Shown: positions 1 through 12,525 of the stretch, one piece after another | How positions within the stretch are numbered: position 1 is the first letter of the stretch | Layout of the letters: the number at the start of each line of letters is the position of its first letter | NCBI RefSeq assembly: GCF_000315625.1 | Contig: NW_005434592.1 | Coordinates: 73,447-137,446, forward strand | Direction of reading: 5' to 3' | Length of the DNA stretch: 64,000 bases | Origin: Guillardia theta CCMP2712 | Taxonomy: Eukaryota; Protista; Cryptophyta | Program-made: the position numbers and the translations under genes | The notes under the pieces: generated by a model | The model's input: only the letters and a program-made list of their open reading frames with translations | Database searches by the model: none | Told to the model about the DNA's origin: nothing

Positions 1-1925
1 TGCTCCAGTCCTCCACGTTTCCCGACAGCGACAATATCATCTACTTCTCCCTTCGAGCCAACACGCCGCTCGTATCGGCCCTGCATGTCACACTCAGTGG
101 GCTGACGGGTACGGGCACACCAGACAACAACAACTTGCCGATCACGCTATACAACAGCACATTCAAAATGACGTCTGCTATCTGGACGCAAAAATCTGGG
201 AAACTTGACATGACGATCGACACCGTCACTGGTCTCGACGGCGAGCTCTTCCTCTCCTTCACGTTGAAAAATCCTTCCACGACTCAGGCTGCCGTTGATG
301 TCACGGTAGGATGCATCGACTGCGTGACCTGCGTCGACTGTTCTCAGTCGCCCGTCAGCCTGCAGGGCTCCGTCAACGGCTCGATCCTGGGCGTGCAAGT
401 CCCCAAGACTGACTGCGAGCGGAGGAACGGCTCAGCATGGTTCGGCCCCGACTGCTCTCTGCCGTGCTACGGAGTCGTCCAGGTCCCCCCAGGCGGTCAG
501 GCATGGTGCGAATGTCCTGCCGGCTCTTTCGGCGAAAGTTGCCAAACTCAAGTGGTAGCGGACAAGAATCTCTCGGTAGCCCCGCAGCTCGTGCAGCCGA
601 GCTCAGAGCCGGTACCTGTCAAAGGAGCGGACGGGGATGGGGTGGAGCTTCCTCCCGGAGCCCTCACCTCCTCCATCGTCGTCTCAGTGCAAGTGTACAA
701 GACGGATCCTCCGATCCCCAAGGACCAGAGTGACCTCAAGCCCGTGGGGAAGGTGATGGAGCTGAAGCCCGACGGAGTGACCTTCGCTCAGCCCGTCACC
801 ATCGCCACTGCCATCACCCAGGAAGTCATCGACACGGCGAAAAAAGAAGGAAAGGTGCTGGAGATGCGCTTCCTGGATCGGGACAGCGGCAAGTGGGTGA
901 GCACAGGAGGGGAGGTGAAGTATGACCGCGGAGCTCCGTTCCTGCTCACCAAGAGCTATCACTTCTCTCTGTGGGCAGCGATGAGCGGCAACCCTCCCCC
1001 GACCACAGCGACCAACGCGAGCGAGACGACGGCGATGGCGACAACTGCTGTGCCCTCTACCACCGTCACTCCCGCCAAGTCGTCGGACAAGGTCGGTCTC
1101 ATCGTAGGGTTGGTGGTGGGGCTTTCTTCCCTGCTGTTGATCTCAGTGGCGGTCGGGTACACTGTAGCAACCGTCAAGTCTCGGAACAAACTCTACATGG
1201 CCGGAGCAGAGACGAGGACCGAGGAAGGGGATCAGGTCCGGGAGTTCGTCGCTGGCGCCTCTTCCTCCATGGTTGTGGTGCAAGCTTCGCTTGCTCGAGC
1301 TCTTCCACCTCTGGATGAACCAGGTGCTCCTCTCATGTTTCGCAGTACTCTACGTGACGTGGCTCCGTCGCAAGGACCCTCAGCTCCTGTGGACGCCCCC
1401 ACGCCTCCTTCTCCTCGACCTCCCGCCCCCCCCGACTCGGAGCCTTCCAGTCAAGACGTCCTGCCGGCGGCAGGAATCCCAAGCCAGTCTCGAACTCCGA
1501 GCCCTCCTGTGGAGCCTACTTCCAAATTGGAGCTTCCTCTACAGATCTCGTCGATCGGGCAGCTTGTGTTCGACGACAATGTCCTTCAGGCCAGGAGCCC
1601 CAAGGAGACGCTGGTCAAGAGGCGGACCTCCTCCCGCGCCTCCTCCCGCGGCAGCTTGCCGCTGCTATCAGCCATCGAGCGAGGAGAAGGGGCGGCAAGG
1701 AGGACTGAGTCCCCCAAGGCCTTTGTGCCCCAGAGCTCCTTACAGAGGGAGAACAGTCAGCCAGAAGCAGGAGCCGCGAGTCCCATTGACGTTAACGGGA
1801 TGTTTTCTGGAATGTTCGCTTACCTACAATCTGAGGGTGAGGGTAAGGGGAAGGAGGAGGAGCAGGAGGAGGAGCAGGAAGAGGAGGAGGAGGCGCAGAC
1901 ATCGCATCATTCCATCATCCTCTAA
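1..1925 (+). CDS. 3' part of a large type-I membrane surface protein (EGF-like, ZU5-like domain with HFS motif, S/T stalk, TM, Pro/Ser-rich tail); 5' end lies outside the window
   Basis: Frame is open from nt 3 to the TAA at 1923-1925. Contains Cys-rich WFGPDCSLPC...CECPAGSFGESC, ZU5-like GVELPPGAL...ELKPDGVTFAQPVTI, YHFSLW, and TM VGLIVGLVVGLSSLLLISVAVGY. Nt 1-~1050 is near-identical to the reverse complement of ~33529-34576. Confidence 0.85.
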   Translation, partial: LQSSTFPDSDNIIYFSLRANTPLVSALHVTLSGLTGTGTPDNNNLPITLYNSTFKMTSAIWTQKSGKLDMTIDTVTGLDGELFLSFTLKNPSTTQAAVDVTVGCIDCVTCVDCSQSPVSLQGSVNGSILGVQVPKTDCERRNGSAWFGPDCSLPCYGVVQVPPGGQAWCECPAGSFGESCQTQVVADKNLSVAPQLVQPSSEPVPVKGADGDGVELPPGALTSSIVVSVQVYKTDPPIPKDQSDLKPVGKVMELKPDGVTFAQPVTIATAITQEVIDTAKKEGKVLEMRFLDRDSGKWVSTGGEVKYDRGAPFLLTKSYHFSLWAAMSGNPPPTTATNASETTAMATTAVPSTTVTPAKSSDKVGLIVGLVVGLSSLLLISVAVGYTVATVKSRNKLYMAGAETRTEEGDQVREFVAGASSSMVVVQASLARALPPLDEPGAPLMFRSTLRDVAPSQGPSAPVDAPTPPSPRPPAPPDSEPSSQDVLPAAGIPSQSRTPSPPVEPTSKLELPLQISSIGQLVFDDNVLQARSPKETLVKRRTSSRASSRGSLPLLSAIERGEGAARRTESPKAFVPQSSLQRENSQPEAGAASPIDVNGMFSGMFAYLQSEGEGKGKEEEQEEEQEEEEEAQTSHHSIIL

Positions 1926-2401
1926 AGGAATTCAAGTCGACTGCAGCAGCCTCTGGTTTATTCTTGTACATGAGAGGGCGTTATAGATCCTGATGTTTTA
2001 AGTTTAATTTTACTTGATACAATGAAAGCATGCAAACCGAAGCTTGTTCACCCCAGACAACAAGAAGCAAAGATGAGAGGACAGCAAGACAGAAGCGAGA
2101 GAGCAGCCAGAAAGGGAGGACGTGAGAGCAATCTGGTTCATACAGATAGCCATAAGTTCTTTCCCTCTCTCACAACATCAGATCCTCACCCATAATTATC
2201 TCAGCTCTGTCGCAATATCGAACTCCATCCCTCCGCAATCTCAAGACACAACACTAAAACACAAAAGACGACATCATCAAATCTGCTCTGTGGTCTAATC
2301 CACATAGATACCACACAAACATACTGAATGTTTACCTCTGATCACCTTAATTGCCATCATTTCTCATCACCATCATAATCTTCAGTTTGTTTTCGCATGT
2401 T

Positions 2402-2508
2402 TGCGCTTTCGCGCTTCAAAAATTTGGTTTTGGTCATAGCCTGGCGCCACCACGGAAATCTTTAGTAAAAGGCGAAAGATTTGTACGGCATGACGGCACC
2501 AGTGACTT
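2402..2508 (-). ncRNA. U5: U5 spliceosomal snRNA, copy 1
   Basis: Minus strand reads AAATCTTTCGCCTTTTACTAAAGATTTCCGTGG (invariant U5 loop I and its stem). Outer stem CTGGTGCCGTCA/TGGTGGCGCCAG, Sm site AATTTTTG, 3' hairpin GCGC-GAAA-GCGC. Ends are estimated. Confidence 0.95.
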
Positions 2509-2557
2509 GCTAATCCCCATCCCCGCTCCTGCCCATCCCTGCTTCCCCTCCTATTAC

Positions 2558-2576
2558 CCTGCCCCCGATGGCGGGC
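2558..2576 (-). promoter_or_regulatory. Putative snRNA upstream element (PSE/USE-like) of U5 copy 1
   Basis: GCCCGCCATCGGGGGCAGG starts 68 nt upstream of the inferred U5 5' end; the same 19-mer sits at -68/-69 in the other two copies. Confidence 0.75.
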
Positions 2577-2689
2577 TGCGTACCCTCGACTTCCCTATGC
2601 GCTTCCCGACACACCTTGCTCCCGCGCTCGCCCCCGTCTCCTGCTGTCCATCCGCCTTGCTGCTTCGACGTCAGTCTTCGACGTTAGAC

Positions 2690-3427
2690 TAGCATGACAG
2701 GAGGATGATTTGCCGGCCAGTCTGCTGTTGTTTGCCTATCTGATCGCCAATGAAGCCAACAAGGGCTGAGTGGGGTGCCAGGTAGAGCTCTGTGCTGATT
2801 CGTGACAGATCAAGGAGTGGCGTGTTCCCCTGCAAACCCTGCAGTATCGAGATCTGATCTTTCTGCTGTCAAGTAACGAGGAGACTAATCGGTTTGGAAC
2901 TTGAACGGTTAGAAGCCCACTTCAGACTATCGAACCACATCGTTGATGCTATGAGGGACCCCCTCCTCTTTCATCTATGTGCTCTGAACTACTTATCTCA
3001 GCTAACAACTTGAAGTTTCTTGCATCTTGAAATCATTGCTGTCGGTTACTGTAGGGGGTGTTTACCAACCAGCTCACACTATGTACTGAGTGCGGCTGAA
3101 ACTCAACCCGCTAGTGTTCTCCCCTCTTCTTCTTCTAAACTCTTCTTTCGTATTACCTGTGCTGTTTGGGCCCATTCAATCATCCCCAACGCTCCTTGTG
3201 TCTTCTCCATGTCGTCATATCCTCCACTTGTCTTCAGATATCATCGAAGGATCGAGAGCATGGAGGCATGCGTCGTCAAGCAGCACTCAGCTGATTATGC
3301 GGGGCCAGGCATCTCCAGACTTGCTGTGCTCTTCCGTTGGCATGATACGACCAGGATCGGCTCTGCGGCCTTCACGCCATCGCTCGCGTCCTTGAGTGCG
3401 TGGGGGGAACGTGGGGTGAGATAACAT
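2690..3427 (-). CDS. Possible spliced hypothetical protein gene
   Basis: Protein-like minus-strand stretches (GGYDDMEKTQGALGMIEWAQTAQ; DQISILQGLQGNTPLLDLSRISTELYLAPHSALVGF) with plausible splice sites; no recognisable domain. Confidence 0.25.
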
Positions 3428-3943
3428 GGCATTTTTATCTTTTACTCAAGTGGAATTAACGAACAACAGCAAGCTAGGTAGGGAAATAGAGAAAACAAAT
3501 CCGCCTCAACGAGATATAGGAACAATAGAAGAGGCAGCGACAAAAAAATTTGTGGAAGTTAAAATTCATCTCATTTCACCCCACCCTGTCGAATCTCCAC
3601 ACAGAAAACAGTGAAAAGGACGGGTAGTCCACGCTTTTGCTGTTGTCGGGTGATCCAAGATAGGGCAGGGCAGAAGAGAAGGAGAAGGGGGAGGGCGAAT
3701 GAGTGAGCTGCTGAGCAGCAGAGCTTGAGATGGCAGTGGATGAGCCGCGAATCATGTCAGACAGGCAGCAAGAAGCCTGAGATCCTATCTAGCCATGGTT
3801 ACGAGACACGAGCCCGACAGGAAAAAATGAACCAGTAGATCTTCGATAGCTCTGGATAGATTTGGCGAGGTGGGTTTACAATAGTGGGATCAGCTGCTTT
3901 AGTCTATTTCACACGCCTGAATGATCTTCCTGCAGGAGGCAGG

Positions 3944-6900
3944 ATGCAAGCGCTTCATGGCTTCACGCATTCCGCAGCAGCAGAACCGGGGAGCATGGCG
4001 ATGGAGGAGGAGGAAGTCGAAGAAATGATAGGTGAAAACGAATCTTTGATCAGAATCAAGGCCTTCATCTTCGCGCATGTTATTTGTGTATTGGCATCTT
4101 TCTTCCTACTCTTTAGTGAGATTGGATTCGGGGCATCAGTCTTCAAAGGGCTGATCGGAGGGTATGCGTACAGCACTGCAGCTGCTGCAGTTGGCTTTGC
4201 CGTGTTCGTGGTAATGTACGTCTTTGACTTGAACAGCTCAAGTAACGCGGAAAGATCAAAATGCTGCGATCAGCATGCTTTCCTTGCGGTCAAGAACCTG
4301 CTCATGATGATTGTGCTCGCGTCCGTGCTCATCAGCGCAGTCCTGTCGTTCAAGACCCAACCTCAAGCCCCGTTGCTCACATACGTTGTCGTTGGATCAT
4401 TGTACTTTACCCTCATTCGTCTGCGATTCTTTGGTGAGCCTGCTGATGTGCACGCATGCCAGACACTTGCCTGCACCTGTGCCCTGCCCCTCATGCCCGA
4501 CCTCTTTTGCCTGCGCTGCCTGTGACTTGCAGCTGCGTTGCAGGATCCATGGATGTCATCCTGTTCTTGAACATCCTCTCGAGCATGCTTGTGGCAGCAG
4601 GCGTCATCGGCATTGCCGTCTCTCTCATCTGGTCGGGGATCAACAACTTCTGGTGGGGAAGGGAGACCCAGTTGACGTTCCGGGCAAGGTTGCGAGTCTG
4701 TGTGAAGGAGCAGAGGAGTCAGTACTGCTCTGACTACGGCTTCACCGGGTATCAGTGTCAAGCTGGTTGTACCGAGGATGTTGCTGCTTCTGCTTGCGAT
4801 CCGAGCAAGGCAGAGTGCCTTGCTGCTTTCCTCCTGTGGGCGTCTACATACCTCATATCCGTCTTCATCGTCTTCATTGGCCTCGCCTTCTTCTTGTTTT
4901 CCAGCACGCTCCTCAAGAACCAGAGCAGACAGAAAGTCTTTGGCAAGAGAGCCAAGATGTTTCTCTACACCCTCGGGTTTTTCATCTTCTTGCTGTGGGT
5001 TGCAACCTCCGTCACCTGCGCCTCCATGCAAGTCTCGAGCATCGTCTTCTCTTTTGCCGTCATCGGCATTGCTATGCTCGTTGGGATCGTGGTGGGTGTG
5101 ATCGGGCCAGATGAGATCACTGGCAAGATGACGGCAAACAATGCCTTGAAGGTGATGTGACATGTTCTCGATGGATTTCCTCTCAGTAGTCTCAGTCTCA
5201 TTTCTCCAAATCTTCCATGGCATCATTTTGCTTCCCCAAAATCCTCGCTTCCGCGTCCTTTCTGACTTGTTTCATGTTTTCGCTGTCTTGTGCGGATCGC
5301 AGAGCTTCAGGAGGATGGTAAGAGTTGGCTACTTGCATCGCCATGGGCGCTGAGAACCTTTCAGGCGGCGAGCGACGGAGGGAAAGGGTTTGCAATCCTC
5401 GTGCTTTCTCCCGTCATTCCTTTGTTCCTGATGCTTTCCGTGGTCAATCAAGCCGTAAGGCGAGTCTTCTTCCATCAGGACCCGGCAGCATCAGGGGGAG
5501 GGGCGGGAGCAGCTCTAGGCTTCCCGTCCTCCCTCTTCACAGACAGGTATCGCGCTTTCCTCTTGAAGGCGAGCAAGTGGAACTGGACTGTGATCCTCTC
5601 GTGGGTCACCAAGTGGAGCCTTGCCTACTTCGTGCTGCAGGTAGGGGCAGGAATCTGCGTCACCCTCTTCCTGGCATGGCTCAACATCAAGCTGGCGGGG
5701 CTGAACGTTTTCCTCATCTCCTTCCTCATCCTCGTCATCGGCCTATTTCTCTTCGCCATCCCGGTTGTCCCCGGTGTCCCGGCCTACGTCGCTTGCGGCG
5801 TCCTGATAGCTTCTGCTGGGGAGAGACAGTTCAACTCGTTCGCTCTCGCCTGCCTCCTCGCCATCTTCGTGGCAGCTCTCTGCAAGCAGCTCGCATGCGT
5901 GCTGCAGCAGAAAGTGTTCGGGGAGATGATGGGGAAAAGCGTCAAGATCCGATCAATGGTTGGCATCAACAGCGAGACTATCAAGGCCATCAAGGTCATC
6001 TTGGCGAAGAAAGGGATGTCCGTGGGCAAAGTGATGCTCCTCGTTGGAGGACCGGTGGGCAACTCCTCTTATTCGACCTTGCTCCTGCTCCTGCTCCCTC
6101 CGGGCTCCTCCTCTTGCCTCTCCTGCCTCTGGTGCCTGCTGCCTCCTCCTGCCTCTGCTGTCTCCTGCCTCTTCCTCCTCCCCCTTGTTTTCCTCTTCGG
6201 CGCTAACCACGCCGATACGAGCAGGACTGGCCGACCAGTGTCTTGACAGGCATCCTTCACTGCTCAGTTGTGGAGATGCAGATCGGAACCCTTCCAATCA
6301 TCGTCCCTATCGCATTTACCGTCATGACTGGAGCTGGCATGTACAAGGCAGCAGCAGATCCCAATGGGATCTGGCCATCGCTCAATACCATCTTCCTCCT
6401 CCTCGCCTCCATCGGGCTGATGGGGACGGGAGTCGGGTTCATGCTGTACCTCGCCGACTTCATTGATGCACACCGGGAGGAGATTGAATCGATTCCCGAC
6501 GAGGAGGACGTGAAGGAGTACGACACGCAGATGCAGGAGGTCAAGGATCAAATCGCTCGGCTGTCGCAATGGGAAAGGCTATCGATCATGTCACGCCTCT
6601 CCTGCTATGGCTCCTCCTGATACCCTCTACAGGTCCAAGTCTATCCTCCTCATTTCTGCTGTCCTTGGCATCGTCAGCTTCTGGATTTTCAGCATTGACA
6701 GCAGCGGCTGCTTTGAGGTCCTTCTGCCTTCCTTCCCTCCTCTCTCCCCGCCTCTTCCCCATCTTTTCTTCTCTCCTCCCTTCACCAGAATCTTCTACGT
6801 CCTCCTTCCCCACGTGTCCTCCCCAGTCCCCATCACCACTCCTCTCTTTCCCTCCATCTCCATCTCCATCTCCTCGTCCTCTTACGAGCTTCACCTTGTT

Positions 6901-7552
6901 AGAGCGTAGCCCTCGTGACTGACATCACTAACCCTTCCGTCCCTCCGCTCTACGGGTGCTGCATCCTCCCCCCTACAACCTCCCTTCATTGAATCTTCCG
7001 CAGTAACGTCTACCGGGTCGTCAAGTCCCCGCTGGGCTGGATTGCCCTCGGGATCCAAGTAGTCTCCTTCCTCCTCCTGCTCCTCCACGGCAGCCTTGTC
7101 AAACATCAGGTGCCGACCCTCACCCCTTCCATCCCTCTCCTCCTCCCTTGCCCTGTGTTGCCAGCGACGTCACTGGGGCTACCCTGTAGGTCAAGACGCT
7201 CTCAACCTTGGGGGCGGCGGAGGACAAGCCTGAGGGCAATGGGGGCCCTGCCCTGCCCATGCAATGGGAAGCCGCGCTAGCCTCGGCCAACCACTCCAGC
7301 ACGATGCAAATGTCCATGACATCTCAGTCTGCGAATGGCCATGGAGCCGGCGGGGGCGGTAGCAGTCAGCCACTGGTCGTCAGCTCCCCAGTTGTGCTCG
7401 GAGGCCCTCACGGTCAGCCTCTCCTCAGCTTCCACAACCCGCCGGGGGCCCTTGGCGGGGGTCTGCTGCCTCATTCAGTCTCGCTTCCTCTCCCTCCTCC
7501 GACAGCCTCTAGCGCCTCCCAGCCTCCGCGACAAGGAAGCACGCTAGTCTGA
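3944..7552 (+). CDS. Multi-exon polytopic membrane protein with a VTT/DedA (SNARE-associated)-like region
   Basis: Successive hydrophobic ORFs joined by short introns. FLFAIPVVPGVPAYVACG motif. Removing intron 6055-6224 gives GGP-DWPTSVLTGIL. Both gene ends are approximate. Confidence 0.6.
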
Positions 7553-7910
7553 AGCCTTCGGGGGCCTTGCGGCCGGCAGTTTGCTCTTTCGTATTGAAGT
7601 TTTGTAATAAGTTACACGCCACAGTGCCATGATCGGAGTTCAAGTATGGACTGTGACGGTCACTCACTGTCAACTCCGGCCCGGCCCTCAAACAACCAGT
7701 GCCAGTGATCGGACCGAAAAGCCTGTCACGGGGCATGATGTCGGATTTTGAATCATCAGTGAGAGGAGAGCCTCGGAGTTCGTTTGGAGAGTAGCGGGCC
7801 GCCGGCCGCCGGGCCGGCGGAGGCTTGCACTGCAATCAATGTCGCCGGACACTGCCGCAGCGACTGAGTCACCGTGGGCCGACTCGTTACTACGGTACCG
7901 GGTCAAACAC

Positions 7911-7947
7911 TTTACTCAAAGTTAAGTTAAAAATCAGTACGAGGACA
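7911..7947 (+). repeat. Dispersed 37-bp element, copy A
   Basis: TTTACTCAAAGTTAAGTTAAAAATCAGTACGAGGACA; 35/37 match to 51502-51538. Confidence 0.8.
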
Positions 7948-8358
7948 ATCAGGAGAGTCGAGGAGGCTTGTCATTTCAGTGTCATGTACGGTAATTCGAG
8001 TCCCTGGTTAATTCCAGTACGCCGGGGCCTGGACCACCAACATTCGCGGAAGCCTTGTGCAGTACCCCTGAAATTTTACTCCCACCCTCTGTGAATGGAG
8101 TAGTACCCCCTCATTCAAATCACTTTTTGGTAAAGATCGGTGGTCATAGTCTTTCAATTTTACACCCCTACCCCATACAATCGTCACCCACCCCACCTTG
8201 GAATTAGGCACAGACGGGAATGGCTTGCTATTTCCGGCAACGCTGGTGAGGACGGATGGTCGAGGGTTGATCGCAGAGGGACGTCATCGGAAGAGAAGAG
8301 AGAGAAGAGAGAAGGTGTACACTTGTCTGCTCGAGTCTGAGATCCTGTACTCCCCATC

Positions 8359-9761
8359 ATGGTTGAAGATTCGAGGAACAGGAAGGGTTTGAAAGCAGCT
8401 CTCAGCGCTGCCGTCCTGTTGCTGGTGGTTGCGAGCGCAGCATGGCTCCATAGAAGAGATGTCGGGGCCTCCACCTCTCTCTTGCTGAGCAGGGACTATC
8501 CAGGAGGAGACTTGCTGTTCTCGTCAAGCGCGCAACCGACAGGCTCATATGGTCAGTTAGCCGAGCGGCTGCAGCATATCAGCCCTACACTCAAGTATGC
8601 CATCATCCGACATATCTACCCGGAACAGGACGCCAAGGATCTTGAGAGCTACTTCCGGCAGGGAGACATGCAAGCAGAGATCCCCATGGTCCCCCAGCAA
8701 AGAGCGGAGGTTCCTCTAAAAGAGGTAGCTATCCAGCAAGGAGCAGAGGTTCCTCTGAAAGAGGTAGCTATCCCCGTCAAGGAGGTAGCGGTGCCATTGG
8801 AAGAGGTTGAAATGCCCGTGAGCATGTACAAAGGAGAAAGGGCCTCGTTCCAGCAGCCACTCACAGAGGCTCCTCGTGCCAAGACAGTGAATTACCTTCC
8901 TGCGGCTCGCGTCACCAACTTTCCTCAGCAGGGAGGAGTCAACCTTGACTTCGTGATGCCCAAGGCAGCGCAGAGGCAGAGTGTCTTGAGGAGGTACGTC
9001 GTCGAGAGAGCCCCGCAGAGGAACGTCGAGGTCCACATGCAGGAGGTGGCGCAGCCCCGGCTTCCTGTCCGAGAAATCATCATCCGAGAGGTGTCGTTGC
9101 TTGATGTTGCGTTGTTCGCGCGTGCTGATCGGAGCCTTTCAGCACTCGAGGAAGAAGGACGACACTGAAAGGAAGCTCCGGTGATGACCGATGCTCATGT
9201 TTCATCCTCCTAGACTCCGTCTTGATGCCCTGAGAACTCGCACAACACCCTTATCATTGACTCTTCTCACATGGTTGTTGTCGCAGGGTGCTTCAGGGTG
9301 AGATCAATAACGAGCGAGTGGTGGAGGTGAGTTGCGGTAGCCCGGAGCCGCTGCCCTGATCCGATGTGCAGCAAATCCACTACAAGTCGCTGTATGACTA
9401 CATCACGTCCATCGTTAGGAGCATCCGCGTCCTCTCTCGGCCGTCTCCTCCTCTCATCCCTGTCTTCGATCGCCGCCCCCTCGACGCTGCTAAGGGCATC
9501 ATCCGCCGTGTCAGGATCATCCAGAGGGCTGAACCATATCCCTCCACCCCTCCACCCTCTCCTCCTCCTCTTCCTCCCCCTCCCCCTCCCCCTCCCCCTC
9601 CTGTCAACCCTCAACCTTACGAGCCTCCTCCTCCTCCGCCACTTCCCCCTCCTCCGCCCCCGCCCCCTCCTCCTCCACCACCACCTCCACCTCCTGCTCA
9701 AATGGTTGAGCCCTCGAAGCCGGATTTTACAGGAAGGTTCCCTGACCCGGTAGGCGATTGA
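8359..9761 (+). CDS. Hypothetical protein with N-terminal anchor/signal, AEVPLKEVAI repeats and polyproline C-terminal region (spliced)
   Basis: 269-aa ORF with hydrophobic ALSAAVLLLVVASAAWL; downstream exon 9366-9761 is Pro-rich. Confidence 0.6.
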
Positions 9762-10329
9762 AGGAGGCTAAAGGTTGAGCTGATTGGGAGCAGGTACCAG
9801 GCCACAAGCTAGATGGGACCTGGAGGAGCACGAGTGACGGTGAGGTCGGAGCGTCAGGTGCAAGGGATAGTGACCATGTTGCAGGTCAAGATCTTCCTTC
9901 CAACCCCAACTTCATCGCGGCGGCTTCCGGAGCGTATTAAAGCTATGTCATAAGGTCTAACAGGAGAAATGTTTTTGTTGATGTCTATTATACGAGATAA
10001 TGTTAAGGAGGACTTCAAACTTGTTGGGAATAACAGAAAGAGTGGGAGTGAGGGGGAGGTGCGGGAGGGAAAGCGGGAAAGAGGTAGGGAGAGGTGCAAT
10101 AGGCTGGTAAGAAAGAAGAAATCGTGGAAAGTCTTGATCTTTGTGACGAGTTCATGGGACAAGAAAGTTGTCCATTATCCTGTACTGCTCATCACGAGAT
10201 GCCAGAATGCGTCGCCCTGCAGCTCAAAAACATCATACGATTATAATCGTTATCAATATCATCCTCCTCCTCATCATCGCCATCATCACCACAATCGTCT
10301 CTGTCATTCTCTCTACCGCCACGATTTCA

Positions 10330-12525
10330 TTACCTGCTTCCGATTGTCGTGGTGCAAAAAGCCTCAGGCAGGGCCCGACATTTTCCCCCGTCCCAGCGTA
10401 GGGGATTTTCACCTGCCGCATCGGTGAAGGTGAGTTCGCTGTAGGATGAGAAGGGGATAGCAGAGGAGAGAGATAGAGAGCAGGGATCTCCAGGCTCGTC
10501 AGACTTACCCAACTGTCCTTAGCCTCGTTCCACCTCTCCCCAGGGTAAAGTTTGCGGAGGGACAGGATCTGTACCTCCTCAGCTGATGCAAGCTGATCGA
10601 GGGGGCTCTCACCTGCTCCTTGACCTGCATGTCCTCCCAGCTCGCTGACGGCCACTGGATTGCCTTGACGACCTCGTCTGAATCTTGTTTGCAGTGAAAG
10701 AGGACCTTGTTCGTCTTAGCAGCATCTCCTCCTTTCCTCCGTTCCTCCCCACCTCATTCCCCCGCAAGTACAGTGACGCCTCTGAAGGAAGCCAGGCCTC
10801 GACATCTTGCACCGACAAGATCTGGAAACAGAACAAGGGAGGGAGGGAGGAGGGAGGAAGGGAGGGAGGAGGGAGGGAGGAGGGAGGGAGGGAGGGAGGA
10901 GAGGAGGAGGGAGGAGGTACGAGGGAGGAAGAGAATCAATGGGGAAGATCTTCGAAATCTCCTCTGGATTGTTCAAACCTTGATGGGGTTTGTTGTGAGG
11001 ATGTCACCAGTTTGCAAATCTACCGAGCAGATGGCCTGCTCATCGCATTAGAGCAGATCGACGCATCCTCCTGGTGTCCTCTGCCTGAGCATGCCATGAG
11101 TCGGGGTACGTCTCCGTCGTCCTCTCCTTCCCTGCAGCCGCGAGCTGACTGGTCTGGTGCTTCCAGACCTGCTGCCTGCCGCCGGCATGTCAGTCGTCAG
11201 ATTCAGCATTCTTCCACAAGAGAACACGCACACCTGTTGAAAGTCATCGTGATCGAGGCCCCCTCCATCATCCATCTGACAAGGAACTCTCTCAAGCTCC
11301 CGCTAGCCTTCACCGGCTCCGCCCCGACGTGCACGGCTGCCCCGACAACGTTCGGGCATACCTCCTCCACCTGCGACACTCTCAGCCAGCCCAGGCAACT
11401 GCCACAAGCAGTCCCGACCACACTCATGATAGCTTCCGTTCCTCCTCCTCCGCAGCAGCTTCTTCCTACTAGGTATTCCCTCAGTGACGCGCTGCATTCG
11501 CTGCAAGAAAAACCCGTCAGCACCGTCAGCACTGCGAACAGCGTCAAGAACCTTGAAGAGACCAGGCTATGATGTCTACAACGAGATCCGATCTCGTCGC
11601 ATTCCCTCTTCTTCACCAGAGACAGCAGTCTGTCCAAGAGATCTGCCGGTCGTGTCAGAACCATTCAGTACGCTCCACCTTGCTTTGCCTTTCTTGGTTG
11701 ATTCCAATGTCGGCGTTTCTCCTGCCATGGCACGATCAACAAGAGATTGGACATCAGCAACGTTACCGATCATCGCGACTGCATTGAGGACAGAGCAAGG
11801 GCCGCACGAAGATGTTCCAAGCTGACCGATACGTCAGTGGAAGACACAACACCAGACCTGTCGGTGTGTGCACCTGATAGTTCGAGATCTGTTGACTCCT
11901 GAAGAGCACGAATCAGTCAAGACGTCAATGTGAACATCTTTCATGCTGCATACTTCGCCTCGTCTACAGTCCAATATCCAACCTTCGCATCTCCGAGCAT
12001 GGGCTCCCCACACTGAACTCCCAGTCAAAGGTCGAGCAGGCTAGCCGAACGCCGTCAGGTTGGTTCTCGTACCTTGCCGCAGAAAGCTGCATAGGGCGAG
12101 CACTCTCCATAGCAGCACGGACACCTGAAGGCTCATCCGTTCACAATCTCAACTCGCACACTCCCAACCTGATGATTCGGGCCGGGAGGACCTGCGAGCG
12201 TTTGAATTCAGCACTGAGAGCGCCCTAGGAGCAAGACAGAGCATGGAGAGCTCACCATCCTGACAGACGATGGTTCTTCTTCTCCTCTCATCGACCCCCT
12301 CAACACAGAACCTGGCCCTCGCGCGCTCCACGGAAGGAACAATCTTCGCAATCCTGCCATGCCCTGGCACCTGAACATAGCCTCCTCATTCTTCCCCGAC
12401 CAGACTGCCTGAGGTGACAGGAAGCTTGAGGCTGGGCATGGCGAGATGAGACACAAGGTGAAGCAGAGCGATGCGGCCAGCGCTCGATCTTGTCGCCCCT
12501 TCCTCCCACACCCTCCCACCAACAT
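10330..12525 (-). CDS. Multi-exon hypothetical protein with a signal peptide and ASSF motif (possible complex-plastid targeting)
   Basis: N-terminus ALAASLCFTLCLISPCPASSFLSP; several minus-strand exon-like ORFs; 3' end uncertain. Confidence 0.4.

Noticed and set aside
2351-2692. Repeated ORF 'FSLFSHVCAFALQKFGFGHSLAPPRKSLVKGERF' (also 31630-32160 and 43868-44467) as a protein family
   Set aside because: It is the antisense translation of the U5 snRNA cassette.
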